From Callorhinchus milii (lineage: Eukaryota): 60,000 bases of DNA. This document shows, one piece after another, positions 1 to 13,032 of the stretch (position 1 is the first letter of the stretch; each line of letters starts with the position of its first letter). The stretch covers positions 112,346,001-112,406,000 of the forward strand of contig NW_024704743.1 of NCBI RefSeq assembly GCF_018977255.1, given 5' to 3'. The notes below the pieces were generated by a model, which worked only from the letters and a program-made list of their open reading frames with translations, was not told where the DNA came from and ran no database searches. Both the position numbers and the translations under genes were made by a program.

Positions 1-453
1 AGCAATATGAGAGAATTTACTTACGTGGCTAACAAATCAGGAAAAATAGAAGCTAAATCAAATGGACAGATTTGTTTATGCTTACCAGTTCACAAGATCC
101 CAAGATAGATTTGGATGAAGAAGGCTCTTTGGCCCACTTTTGCCCACAAAATATACAGTCAATTCACTTTGCAATATATTCTGTGAAGTGCTTTGAGATA
201 TCTCAACAACATGATAAGGTGCTATATCAAACGCAAAAATTATTATTAGTAGTAGTATTATCTTTCTTTAATATCCACCCTACTGATTTCGCAGCTTCAA
301 GCTGCTTTTTTACATGACTCCAGTCTCCTGCCTCAGAGAACCAGAAATGAAACAACGTTTAGAGAAAGTAACGTTTCCACCTTAATGAAGTATAGGGAAT
401 GTTTCTTGATCTGAAGGATTTAAGTGTTCCAAGACTCTTTGAGACAAATTTTC

Positions 454-750
454 AGTCTTGTAGCTCAGTGGTTAGAGCACTTGCCTCGCAAGCAAGAGAC
501 CTGGGTTTGATTCCCAACAGTGCGAAACCTTGGGCAAGTTTCCTTACTCCACACGCCTAATAATAATCTCTCAAGAAGAAAAAATAAATTGGTCACTTCA
601 ATCCACGTCTGTTCGTGGGACACTGCTGTGCGCAATTGGCTGCTCCTTCGTCCACAAATATACAGTCAATTCACTTTAACGTATATTTTGTGAAGCGCTT
701 TGAGACGTCTAGAAGACGTGAAAAGCACTATATCAAATGCAAGGATTATC
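454..750 (+). mobile_element. tRNA-derived SINE, young family, short form
   Basis: Head TGTAGCTCAGTGGTTAGAGCAC (box A) and GGTTTGATTCC (box B-like), CCTTGGGCAAGT, Deu-like GCTGTGCGCAATTGGCTG, L2-type tail GTGAAGCGCTTTGAGACG...TATCAAATGCAAGGATTAT. Confidence 0.9.
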
Positions 751-759
751 ATTTGTTAT

Positions 760-1160
760 TATTAATTACACTCTGGGTAAAGACATACCTCCTTGTGTCT
801 GTTCTGAAATGCCCTTTGCAACTATAAACCCATGTCTTCTTGTTCTAACACTAACTTAGTGGATCCTAAAGTTTTGTTCAGAGTTTATTTTTACAATCCC
901 ATTTAAAATGTGATATACCTCTATAAAGTCCTATCTGAAATATCTACTTTCAAGACTGAAGAGCTGTAGCTTATCTAATCTTTGTTCACAGATCATTTTT
1001 CTAACACTGGGGAGCATCCTCGTTTCTTTCCTGTGCACTGCCTCTAGAGTCTTGGCAAACATCACAGTGTCACAGTGACCAGAACTGCATGCAGTACTCT
1101 AGGTGAGGCCTGATCAGAGCACTTTATAGCTTAAGTATGACATCTCGGGATCTGAACTCA
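760..1160 (-). mobile_element. degraded CR1 LINE ORF2 3' fragment
   Basis: Reverse complement of CCAGAACTGCATGCAGTACTCTAGGTGAGGCCTGATCAGAGCAC reads as the CR1 'LIRPHLEYCMQFW' motif, which is seen intact at 51.7 kb. Confidence 0.65.
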
Positions 1161-1544
1161 CTGTTGATTAATTATTGGCTTCAGGTACACACATAATTTA
1201 GGAAAATTCCACCATTATCTCTGCCTCTCAACTTTATCATTATGACATTAGTTAACAAAACACCAGCTCTATATAAATGGGTTAAAATATACATTTATTC
1301 TATTTTGTCAACTAGATTTAAATTCGGTGACAAAGCAGTCATATAAATAGAGCCATTGTGTGACAAATGACATTACCCACAAACATTGTATTCCTTGATG
1401 TTACTGATGTTGCAGTAAAGTCAATCCGAGCTTTAATTGAACAAACAGCCAGTCAAGCACTAATTAATCCAATCATAAAACCAATCTTAAATTTCAAATA
1501 ATTCAATATAGAAATTATTGAGGAGGAAATAAGCAACATCTTAT

Positions 1545-1630
1545 TATAATGGACAGCTTGCTCTGAGGGCCAGTGCAGATGCGATGGGCTGAATGGCCTC
1601 CTTCTACACTGTAAGTTAGTACGATTCTGG
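1545..1630 (+). mobile_element. CR1 LINE 3' terminus
   Basis: ATGGGCTGAATGGCCTCCTTCTACACTGTA, similar to the CR1 3' end at 52240-52270. Confidence 0.6.
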
Positions 1631-2179
1631 TCCGCTAACAGTGGGAAGAAAGAAACAAGAGCCCATTTGATGTTTCTCAGCATTCTATAAACAGCACAGA
1701 AAGGAAGCAATCTTCATAATGGCACCTCAGAGATGCCGTGTTACTTAACACATCACCTATCATTTCTCTTTGTGTGTCCAGTGATAGTATTGGCAAGGAT
1801 AGGAATACTGTAGGTATAAGCTGGTTGAGTTCCTATTCCGCAGGAATAAATTCACCAGACACCTGCCAACTCTAACTAGTATTGAGGTGTAATCTGAGGT
1901 ATTTCTTAACGGGATTCTTTAAGGAATATTATTGGAATTCCCACTCAGGATAGCATCTCAGAGCGCTTAACAGTGGCGGAGCCTGACTCCGAGTCGCGGT
2001 GGGTGGGTGTAGGGGGGGAGGTGACCGCAAACAAGGTCAAAAAGGAAGGTTTTCAGGTGGAACTTTTTTGGGCTTTGTACTACAAAAAGAAAAATTCTAG
2101 TTTTGAGCAGTTGAGGACAAGTCACCAGCCCCTTTTACCCACAAGACAGTACAAATCTATGAGGTTATATGAAGAAATA

Positions 2180-2620
2180 ATAATCATTGCATTTTAGATA
2201 TCACCTTATCACATCAGGAAGACGTCTCAAAATGCTTCACAATATTTCGTGTAAAGTGCAGTGACTGCATTTTGTGGATGAATGTGGCAGCCAATTTGCA
2301 CACAGCAATGTCCGACAAACAGCCAGGAAGTGAATGACCAATATTTTCAGGGGGAATTGGTGGCCAGGATACCAGGAGAAACTCCCTTCCCTTTTCAAAA
2401 AATCAAATAGTCCATGGGATCTTTAATGCCCCTCTACCTGAACAAACGTGCAGGACTTCATTTAATGTCTTTTCCAAAGGACGGCACCTCCAACCCCCAG
2501 CACAGTATTGGAATGACAGCCCAGATGATGAGTTCAAAATCACAATGTGGGGCTTGAACTCACAACCATCTGATACAGAGGTGAGAGGGCTACCAACTGC
2601 GACAAGCCAGGCTGACACCT
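2180..2620 (-). mobile_element. older Deu-domain SINE (SacSINE1/AmnSINE1-like)
   Basis: Antisense Deu-like motifs GCAGCCAATTTGCACACAGCAATGTCC and CCATGGGATCTTTAA, with head ending AGCCAGGCTGACAC. Confidence 0.8.
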
Positions 2621-3443
2621 AAGAACACAGGAAATGCCTTTCTTACCGCAGCCACATACAATTAATTGTTAATTAATTCTTAACCAAAAGTAGTTCACTG
2701 TATATATCAGTCCTTCCCTCAACTGTGAATATCCTAATGGAATAATTTGTGGCTATGACAATCCCCCCAAAATACTGCCATCTGAGAAAGGTAGTCAACT
2801 ACACCAAATGCTTCACAACTTCACGTTAATGCAACTGAGAGATGGGGCGGACCAGTGGAAGCATGAACCAATCAACCAGCCTTTGTCCCACTCAGCATGT
2901 TTATTCCAGATCTTTCTATGTAAATTGTTTTACAGCTCACAGTATATCCACGTGAAAACCAAGTGATCAAGTGATTGTGACTAATTATTTAAGAAACGCC
3001 AATCAGTTCCAGCCCAATCAGGAGGAACGGCCTGAGCTTCTGATTCATTGGCTGAATGGGAAGATAGTTTTTCCATAGGAGATAACCCTAAACCAGGTTC
3101 CATAAACTATCAGAATACAAATGGCTGTGCTAAGTACTTCACTTTAGTGCAACTACATGATTTATTTTGTCTGACTGATTAATCGAAAGAGAATGACCAG
3201 ATTACATGGACCTTCACTAACTCAATTTAAATACATTTCATCATCACACAGTATTATTTAATTACATTTCCACTTAAAACTATTGCCCACAGTTGACTCC
3301 TGGAAAACCCATAGTGGATTTGAGCAAATTCCCACATATCAGGCTTTACGTTCTATAAACATTCTGTAAAGCGCTTCAAAACATTTCTCCACACATTTCT
3401 CCATATGTGTTACATAAATATAACACAGGTTTGAATGTCACAA

Positions 3444-3812
3444 AATAATAATAATCCTTGCATTTGATATAGCACCTTATCACGTCTTTGAGGCGTCTCA
3501 AAGCGCTTCACAGAATATACTATAAAGTGAATTAACTGTGTATTTTGTGGGTGAAACACAGCAGCCAATTTCACACAGCAGTGTCCCACAACTCACTGGT
3601 TGGATTGAGTGACCAAATTATTTATTTATTTTTGGAGGGATTATTACCCCCGGAAAGCGATCCGCCAATCGACTCACAACAGGGTTCCTACTTACTGCTA
3701 GGTAAACAGCGGCATGTGGAGTATGGAAACTTGCCTTAGGTTTCGCACTGGCCGGGAATCGATCCCAGGTCCTCTCGCTTGTGAGGAGAGCGCTCTAACC
3801 AATATGCTACAG
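3444..3812 (-). mobile_element. young tRNA-SINE, long form
   Basis: Full antisense copy including the internal segment CCTACTTACTGCTAGGTAAACAG. Confidence 0.9.
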
Positions 3813-5191
3813 AAATGGGTGTGTATGGGCTATATAAATGTTACATGGTTTTCTAGTCCTGGCGACACAAAGCTAACTGAAAGTGGAAACCTGACAACAA
3901 ATATATTTATCATATCGGTATCTCCATCCTGCTGTGGGTTACACTGCTCTTGGCTGCTGGCAATGGGAAGATGCAGCCCAAAATGCTTACGATGCAAATA
4001 CACAAATTAAATCAAACTAAAGTAACATATAATTTATGCCTGCAGTTATTCTGTTAAAGGACAACTCAACCTGAATTACTAGCCTACAGAATTCAAAAGG
4101 CCATTTACTGTTAATGGCTAGTTAGGCTTGTACATGTATCTGAATGTTCAGCTGCACGTACCAGAAATGACATGCAGGATGCCTGCATTGTTGAAGCTAG
4201 CGTTCAGTCAAACTGTTATTTTCTTGAGATGCAGTGATGTACTATTGTATTGTAATGTACTACCCATTATTTAGCTAGCCACAGTGATAATAACAGTAAT
4301 CCTTACATTTGATATGCCACCTGTTATGCCGGGAGAATGTCTCAAAGTGCTTTGCAGGATTTTGCGATAACGTTTCGGATTGTGTATTTTTGGAGGCAAA
4401 ATGCTGCTAACAGCGTCCATGGCCCTCGCCTCAACTATCCTTCCTGGTGCCTGTCTTGAAATTGTCCTTTGCGAACTTGAACTCGTCCTCTTGTTTTGCC
4501 CAGGTACATCATAAACTACTGTTCTGGGTTTTCTTTTTCAACTTCGTTTAAAATAATACTTGCATTTGATATAGCAGCTTAACATATCGTTGAGACGTCT
4601 CAAAACGCTTCACAGGCCATTCTGTAAAGTGGATTGCCAGTATATTTACTGAGCAAATATTACTATTAATAATATTATTATATATATTTATTATTTAAAA
4701 TGTTATAAACCTCTATGAGGTCCCCAAAGACATCTTTTCTTAGGGGTTCTTTTCTGAAACATCTTTTCTCAAGACTAAAGAGCCCCAGCTTTCCTAATTG
4801 TTCTTCATTGGTCAAAAATGAAAAGTTCCGTGATGGCCTGGAATTGAACGAGGGTCAACTACCTATCAGGCAACTAGGCTCAGCATTATACCACATCACC
4901 AACTGACAGGCTGTGGAAAAGTGCATCAATTTAACCCGAGAGTAAAGTGCAGGTATTGTCAGGTACTGTATTCTCCAAATCCAGACTCATTGTATAACTA
5001 CAGTAAACTCTCATTTTATTGAACTCTAGCTATTCAGAACTTGTATTGAGCCTGAAACAGAATTTGTTATAAAGTTCAGCAGGAATGCACACCATGTAGC
5101 CTCCAGCCAGCCATACTCGTATCATGAGCCCCTGCCTCACTGTGCTTACTGCCTACAGCGGCCAGAAATATCGAATTTGACTCTGTCAAAG

Positions 5192-5282
5192 ACCGGCACT
5201 GTAATTATTTTGAATCCCAGGAGCAGAAGATACCTTATTCACTATCTTCTGCTCGTGGAATTCAAACAGTTACAATGCCGGT
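5192..5282. repeat. imperfect palindrome/hairpin (41- and 40-nt arms, 10-nt loop)
   Basis: ACCGGCACTGTAATTATTTTGAATCCCAGGAGCAGAAGATA pairs with TATCTTCTGCTCGTGGAATTCAAACAGTTACAATGCCGGT. Confidence 0.85.
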
Positions 5283-5363
5283 ACTGGAACTGTAATTACA
5301 CGTAGCAGGAAATTCCATTTGCTGTCCCCCCAATGTTACAGCTAGCTGGAGTTTTAACATATA

Positions 5364-5720
5364 TAATAATAATCCTGGATTTAATATGGTGCCTTATCAT
5401 GTTACTGAGACGTCTCAAAGCGCTTCACAGAATATATTATGAAGTGGATTGACTGTGTATTTTGTGGGAGAAACGCGGCAGCCGATTGCACACAGCAGCA
5501 CTCCAGAAACAGTCGTAGCTTGGGTCACAACATTTTTTTATCTTTTTGAGGGATTATTACCCCTGGAAAGTGGTCCGCCAATCAATTGACGACCGGGCTC
5601 CTACTTACTGCTAGGTAAACGGTTGTGTGTGGAGTAAGGAAACTTGCCTAGGGTTTCGCCCCGCCCAGGAATCGAGCCCGGGTCCTCTCGCTAGCAAGGT
5701 GAGCACGTTAACTGCTCTGC
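5364..5720 (-). mobile_element. young tRNA-SINE, long form
   Basis: Antisense copy colinear with 3444-3812. Confidence 0.9.
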
Positions 5721-7889
5721 ATATTATGCATAACCACTGGAACTCCCTGCCTCTATGGTTTAGTGTTCTGCTCTCTCTATTCGTCTATAAATCCCACCTT
5801 AATACCTAACTTTTCAATAGTGCCCATGGTCACCTCCCACTCTCTTGCTTGGTGTCCAACTCTGCCGCTGTGAAGCACTCTGACACGTTATCCTACGTGA
5901 AGGGTGATATATAAATGCAAGTTATTATAATTTTTTTTTATTATGGTTATACTATATACCACCAACGCAGTGTTAAATGGCTTTCTCAGAATGGAATCCC
6001 CTTCAAAGACCTGCAAAGTACAGCATATTTTTCAATCTGGATGTCTAACCAGAACTAATTTTCACATTGCATAGGTACAAAATCACAGCACTGAGACCTC
6101 TAGCTACTCTGTTACAATACAAATATTCACACTACGTTACAGTTCAGTTACTTATTTGTACAGGGAGTGCTGAGTCAGTAGGCTTATTTTGCGCACTTTG
6201 GCAAGTAAGTTTATTACCCGACTATTCCTCTGGACAGTCACGCTATGCTAAAGTGTCTTGCAAGAAATATTAACTGTATGCTACACAGTATGATCGTCAA
6301 AGGTGTTTATTGGATCAACGATATCATCTTTTGATGCAAAATATTCCATTTTAATTTTCAAAATATAAAATGACAAAACAGCCTCATAAACAGCGTGGAT
6401 TGCAATCAACAATGAAGACCTTTTAATAATCCTATAATCCTTGCATTTGATACAGTGCATTATCACGTCTTTGAGATGTCCCAAAGCGCTTCAGAGAATA
6501 TACTGTGAAGTGAGTTGATTGTACATTTTGTGGGCGAAGCGTGGCAACATTGCCCCACAAACAGTCGTGGATTGAGTGACCAAATAATAATAATTTTTTT
6601 TGAAGGGATTTCAATATACAGAGGTGGACGTGTAGACACCATTGCTGAGGTTTCGGAGCAGAGAGGCTGTACCAGGAATCGAGCCAATCTGAAACCTTCC
6701 CCCGTTAAAACAGCTTTGTACCTACATAGGAGAGCTGCCCTGACACTGCCCTTTTCAATTAGCCTCAACTGTGGGAGTACTCACGCTATGATTTTAAGCA
6801 CAATAGATTTACAAAATAAAAACCACATTTCTGATCATAGCAGCTCAAGTTTTAAGATAATGCAACAGTTATTTATTTATTTTTACACACACACTATGTG
6901 TCAAGTATTTAACGCGCTATAAAGTACTGTGAAATATTCAGTGCACTTAATTGTAAAGATTTTAGGGCGAAACAGATAGAGTGGGCCAAGATGGAGATGG
7001 GAGGGAGGAGTTTCCAAAGATTAGGAGCATAGAAATTGAATCTGATTATCAGATCAGTTCTGAAATATTACATATTCCACCTCTAAAAGTGTACACTGTC
7101 AAAGGCATGAAATTTCAGTGAAGAGAATAGCCAGCATTGTTTCAAGTACAAATATTTATACAATAAAGTGCCTTCTTAGCACAAACTGACGCTTGCAACC
7201 TAAGTTTTTAGCTCCACTGTACTCAATGAAAAGGCCTGAGAGTGAAACAATAGGTGAGTCACACCTTGTTATTTACTTCTGGCTTTCGATTCAGGCAGGC
7301 AGAGAGATTGGTTTGGCACGAGGCTGGAAAACTGCTCAAATGAACACAGCTTTGAAGCTCTGGCTCTTCAATGTCTAACCCCCTCACGAGCTCCCAACAC
7401 TTATAATAATAATCCTTGCAGTTCATACAGTGCCTTATCAAGTTATCAAGGCATCTCAAATTGCTTCACAGGATATACTGCAATTAGCAATTACAGTATT
7501 TTAACAGGAAGAAAAATGTTAAATACTTTCCCAGCCAACATGGGAATTTCACTGATTGGGAAAATGGGATTAGTAAATGGAATCCTGTTATCCGCAAGTA
7601 AATGCAACCAGCATGGTATCATAACCTAAAACCTGGGTGTAAAACTTCATGACCCAGTTATAAGGAGGGAATGGAGACTGTTTTTCATTAGAGCAGAGTT
7701 GTGGGGGGGGGGGAACCTAATAGAGGTCTACAAAATTATGAAGGGTTTTGAAGGGGTAAGCAGGGAGAAGTTATCTCTATTGATGGAGGAACATAGTTAT
7801 AAGATAGCCACAGAACAGTTAAAGGAGAATTTAATAGTGTCTCTGTTCTAAATACCTCCTCATTTTAGACGACTTTAACCTCTACTTCA

Positions 7890-8740
7890 ACAACAAATTG
7901 CATTTATATAGCACCTTTCATGTCAGGAGAATGTCCCAGGGTGCTGGACAGCCATGGGTTTACACCCAACCTGGGAGTTGGAATCAAGAAGGGTGGAGTC
8001 TAGTCAAAATGGGCTTTGAAGGAAGCAAGGGAAGGTGCAAGGTGAAGGGACTCTGGGATGGAGTTCTAGAGGGTGAGGGCAAAAAGGCTGAGGCCCAAAT
8101 GCCTATGATGGAGCAGACGGGGCAGGGTACATCGAGCCGACCAGTGGGGTGACTGACTCACAAAGCTTAGTGCAGGAAAGGACATAAGCTGCAGAGTTGA
8201 TTTGGAAAGTCCGGTGGGTGAGCAGGGAGTTAGCATAGTCGAGCCTGGATGTGATGAAAGCATGGATGATGGTTTCAGCAGTCTGATAATGGCAGAGGCG
8301 GTGAACGCAGAACGGCTCTTGGTACAGATTTGGGGTTTAAAGGAGAGTTAATCGATCGAACAAGACACCAAAGTTCTGCACTGACTCAGTGAGGTGAAGA
8401 CTACATCCATGAATAGTAATGCTGTCAGTGCCTGAGGTGTGGAGGTCCTGACTTGAGGCAAGCAGGAAGGCCTCCATCTTGTCAAAATTCAACTGGACAA
8501 AATTGGCTCTCATCCAGGATTTGATGTCGGTCTGACAATCTGTCAGTACAGCAGTGGTCCTGGAGTCGAGGGTGGAGGCAGAGAGAGAGAGTTGGGTGTC
8601 ATCCGCATACAAGTGGAATTTAACCCCATACATGCAGATATTATTACAGAGCGGGAGCATGTGGATATTAAAGAGGAGAGGACCAAGGACAGAGCCTTGA
8701 GGAACTCCACACATGACTGTGTGAGGGCTGGAGGAAAAGC
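7890..8740 (-). mobile_element. L2 LINE RT fragment, internally deleted
   Basis: ORF 8337-8714 contains [13 protein letters not shown] and YADDTQL; L2 3' tail at ~7890-7950. Confidence 0.9.
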
Positions 8741-9039
8741 CAGAATGTGCATTGGACTATTGCTGGAATTTAATATCCTAAAACCACATAGGTTGCCATT
8801 GAAACCACAGGGATAGTGATTAGGGTAGATAGCTTCAGTGGAGGAGCAAACACCAGCTTAAACACAATGGAACAAATGGCCTATTTGTGTGCTATAATTT
8901 GTATGATCCCATTCTACTCTTAATATTTTAAAATATGAATAATTCTCCTCACTCTTTATATTTCTCATATAATGATTGAAGACATTGCTTATTCTGAGCC
9001 CTTCTATCTAAAGCTAAGATAATTTTACATGTTGTTTCG

Positions 9040-9455
9040 GCCTGACTCAGTCGGTTGTACTCTTGCCTCTGAGCTGTGAGTTCAAGCCCTGCGACAGGAC
9101 TTTGAATTCATAGTTCAGGCTGAAACTCCAACGCAGTTCTGGGGGTACATTGGAGGTGACATCCTTCAGATGAGCAGTTAAGTCAAGGCCCTATCTGCCT
9201 GTTCATGTGGATGCTAAAGATTCATGGCACCATTCAAAAGGAGATTCTCCCGGTGTCCTAGCCAAAAACAATGCCCCAGATAAAATTGGTCAGTCACTTG
9301 GTGGTTATTTGTGGCGCATTGCTGTGCGGAAATTGGCTGCTGAGTTTTCCTAGATTATACAGACCACGACACTTTACAGTAAATCCTGTGAAGCAGTTTG
9401 AGAGACCTCCCAATGTGAAAGGTGCTATATCAAATGCAAGGATTATTATCATATA
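9040..9455 (+). mobile_element. older Deu-domain SINE
   Basis: GCCTGACTCAGTCGG head, AAGATTCATGGCAC, GCTGTGCGGAAATTGGCTG, ATCAAATGCAAGGATTATT tail. Confidence 0.8.
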
Positions 9456-9657
9456 TTACTTTGTGCATGTCAACTCTAGAAGTGAGAAATCTGAAAGATT
9501 TCACTGATTCATCATCCAAAGCAATTTTCTGTGACCTGTGGCTGCAAATCGTATCAATCTCTTCAAAGGCAGCTGTGATTTTCTGCTGTAATTTCTACAC
9601 ATCAAACCTTAGAATTGACATGTTCATACCATCGCACTGGACAATATTATCACTCAC

Positions 9658-9709
9658 CTCTTGTGCTTAGGCTGTTTTGCTCAGATAGTCTAGTGCGACA
9701 TTTAATTTC
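9658..9709 (-). other. candidate 52-nt internal exon of a minus-strand transcript
   Basis: Minus strand: ttcatttattttgctgcag|GAAATTAAATGTCGC...GCACAAGAG|gtgagt. Both splice sites are near consensus and the sequence is non-repetitive. Only phase 0 is open (EIKCRTRLSEQNSLSTR); it may be UTR. Confidence 0.45.
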
Positions 9710-10149
9710 CTGCAGCAAAATAAATGAAAGGTAAGAATCTGTGCCAACACCCTACTCAAAGGTTTTATAACCCTGAGCTATAACTTTTGAAGGAGATATC
9801 AGAGCCAACGCAGATCACAGGACAAGATGCAGCTTAAGCGTCACTCAATTAAGTTAGGTGCAGGAGCTATGAAAACATTGTATGGTGGGAATGAGGTGAA
9901 AGAGATAAAGTTTACTCACCTCCCACCCACATCCCATTTTCTCCCTTTTCCTAAATGCACTGACTCATGCTACAGCCAACGTTCCACAGGTTCTGAGCAT
10001 TTTCTGGTATCATGTGGCTATTCTTCAATTATGAGCCCAGGCATTATCAGCAGGCTATACTATCACAGGGGAGAGGGGTGTAGCATCACAGTTAAACCTG
10101 ATCCCATCCTCAGCTGAGGTCTGAACTGTCTCCTAGTCTTAACATTAAG

Positions 10150-10640
10150 AGTAATAACTTATAATATGCCTTGCAATTTATGCAGCATTCTGTCACATCA
10201 TGGATATGCCTCAAAGCACTTCCCAGAAGTTAATGTAAAGCAAAATGAATAACAGTGCTCCAAGACGCTATCCTGTGTAAAGGCAAGTTGTTGTTGCTGT
10301 AAAGTGAAATTGACTGTGTACTTGTAGGCAAAAGCAGCAGCCAACTTCTGCATGGCAATGTCCCACAAATAGCCATGAGGTGAGGGACCAATTTTGTCTG
10401 TGGGATTGTTGGCCAGGACACCATGAGAAATTCCTTTCCCTTTTCAAATAGTGCAATGGCATCTTTAACATCCTCCTTAACAGGCAAATGAGACCTTTTT
10501 TAACATCTCATCTGAAGGACTGTGCCTCCAACAATGCAGCACTTCCCCAGCATTGACTGCAGTGGCAGCTTAGAATGCGAGTTCAATGACCCAAAATGTG
10601 GTGCGAATTCAGAACCTTCTGATTCAGAGGCAAGAATGCT
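10150..10640 (-). mobile_element. older Deu-domain SINE with a small nested L2 tail
   Basis: Antisense Deu-like motifs, AGAACCTTCTGATTCAGAGGCAAGA head; L2-type tail at ~10255-10300. Confidence 0.75.
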
Positions 10641-11384
10641 AACAACTGAATCAGATACATTTCTACAAATCTGTAAGTGTATTTGTGGATTTGAAATTAA
10701 AACCCAGAATGTTTAAACAGTGTTGAATTCAACGTTAATTTAGAAGCCCGCTTTTTTAAAAAAAAATTGTGAAAAAACAGCTTCTAAATCCAATTCTGGA
10801 GAATGCTCCAAAACTTGAGAATGTTCCAAGCTTTTGCACCATCTTATATTTTAACACAATGATCTTAAGGCTGAGACCTGGACCTTTTTGAGCCATTGCA
10901 TTTATTACTAGGACATATTACCAAAATTAAAAACTTCACAAGTCCCCATTTGAAAAACTTAACATGATTATTTAGTAAAGGTGGTGCCCTAGCAGGTCTG
11001 CTCAAATTTCCTTTGTCAAAAACTTAGCTGAAAATTGATTCATTTATTTATTTCATCCCTGTTAAACCTGTTCCTTTGATATCCCAGCATCCAAATTCGT
11101 TCAGACATGTTTTTACCCCCTGTGGCTGACTGCAGTAAATTTACTATTAGTAAATCCACTTCCAGCCAAAAAGTACATTTTCTTCCTATCAGGCATTTCC
11201 AAAAATCTTCCATGCTGCAACGCAGAGATTTACACAAACGCACTGCCTTTAGATTTGGCCACTTCTGGGCAAACACAGTAATCACATTGGAATCCAATTG
11301 TTAACAACCCATGAGCAAAATTTTCAAGTTGCTTAATTATGTGTTATGGGTGCCCATAATTATGCCATTAACCAACATAAACCC

Positions 11385-11710
11385 AAGTTCAATTCCCAGC
11401 AGGGCAAAATGTTGGGAAAGTTTCCGTACTCCACATGCCTCTGTTTACCTAGAGGTAACTAGGAATCCAGTTATTAGTCAATTGGCGGATCACTTTTCTG
11501 TGGTAATAATCATTTAAAAACATAAATGTAAACAAAAATAATTTGGTCACTCAATCCACGACTGCTTGTAGGACACTGTTGTGCACAATTGGCTGCTGTG
11601 TTTCACTCACAAAATATACAGTGAATTCACTTTACAATATATTCTGTGAAGCGCTTTGAGACATCTCGAAGACATGATAAGGTGTATATCAAATGCAAGG
11701 ATTCTTATCG
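11385..11710 (+). mobile_element. young tRNA-SINE, long form, 5'-truncated
   Basis: GTTCAATTCCC box B, GCCTCTGTTTACCTAG segment, Deu-like region and tail. Confidence 0.85.
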
Positions 11711-11762
11711 TAAAAGATGACAAAACCTCCTGTGATCAACATTTTATACCTTTTGGGAAAAC

Positions 11763-13028
11763 ATCTCAACTACTTCACAAAAATTGGTAATTCACTTCAT
11801 GGTTATTGCTTGGAAGGGGTTGGGAGGTAGTGATAGGTAGTGGGTGGGAGGTAGGAGAGCAGAAGCATAGTCATAGGGGTAGGTCTTCAGGTGAAGAGAG
11901 AAGAGGTGAAGTGGAGAGTTTTAGAGGGAGAAGACAAATCGCTGAAGGCTTGCTTGTTAATGGAAGGGTGAAATGACCAAAGGTGGAGGTACAAAGCAGG
12001 CAGGAGTTGACAGAGGGGAAGAAAATCCAAGTTAGTAGTCACAGGAGACCACAGAGATAGGTGATACAAGATCATCATTTGTGGAGTCCTGTAGCTCAGT
12101 GGTTAGAGCACTCGCTTTGCAAGTGAGAGACCTGAGTTCAATTCCAGGCAGGGCGAAACCTTGGGCAAATTTCCTTACTCCACACGCCTAATAATAATCC
12201 CTCCAAAACCAAAAACAATAATAAATTGGTCATTTTCAATCTACGACTGTTTGTGGGACATTGCTGTGCGCAATTGGCTGCCGCGTTCGCCCACAAATAT
12301 ACAGTCAATTCACTTCACAGTGTGTTGTGTGAAGCGCTTTGGGACGTCCTCCCGACGTGAAAAGCGCTATATCAAATGCAAGGATTATTATTATTATCTC
12401 AACTACTTCACAAAAATTGGTAATTCACTTCATGGTTATTGCTTGGAAGGGGTTGGGAGGTAGTGATAGGTAGTGGGTGGGAGGTAGGAGAGCAGAAGCA
12501 TAGTCATAGGGGTAGGTCTTCAGGTGAAGAGAGAAGAGGTGAAGTGGAGAGTTTTAGAGGGAGAAGACAAATCGCTGAAGGCTTGCTTGTTAATGGAAGG
12601 GTGAAATGACCAAAGGTGGAGGTACAAAGCAGGCAGGAGTTGACAGAGGGGAAGAAAATCCAAGTTAGTAGTCACAGGAGACCACAGAGATAGGTGATAC
12701 AAGATCATCATTTGTGGAGTCCTGTAGCTCAGTGGTTAGAGCACTCGCTTTGCAAGTGAGAGACCTGAGTTCAATTCCAGGCAGGGCGAAACCTTGGGCA
12801 AGTTTCCTTACTCCACACGCCTAATAATAATCCCTCCAAAACCAAAAACAATAATAAATTGGTCATTTTCAATCTACGACTGTTTGTGGGACATTGCTGT
12901 GCGCAATTGGCTGCCGCGTTCGCCCACAAATATACAGTCAATTCACTTCACAGTGTGTTGTGTGAAGCGCTTTGGGACGTCCTCCCGACGTGAAAAGCGC
13001 TATATCAAATGCAAGGATTATTATTATC
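11763..13028 (+). repeat. 633-bp near-perfect tandem duplication (11763-12395 and 12396-13028)
   Basis: Identical ORF pairs offset by 633 nt in the ORF track; by eye one internal substitution (GGCAAATTT vs GGCAAGTTT) plus a tail difference. Confidence 0.95.
12081..12396 (+). mobile_element. young tRNA-Ala-derived SINE, short form, full length
   Basis: GTGGAGTCCTGTAGCTCAGTGGTTAGAGCACTCGCTTTGCAAG...GGGACGTCCTCCCGACGTGAAAAGCGCTATATCAAATGCAAGGA(TTA)n. Confidence 0.95.
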
Positions 13029-13032
13029 ATTA
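12714..13032 (+). mobile_element. young tRNA-SINE, short form (duplicated copy)
   Basis: Second unit of the tandem duplication. Confidence 0.95.

Noticed and set aside
12081..12155. tRNA-Ala(TGC)-like sequences (also at 454, 12714, 23118, 41225, 41478, 58028)
   Set aside because: They are SINE heads: the T and acceptor stems are imperfect and each continues into the SINE body.
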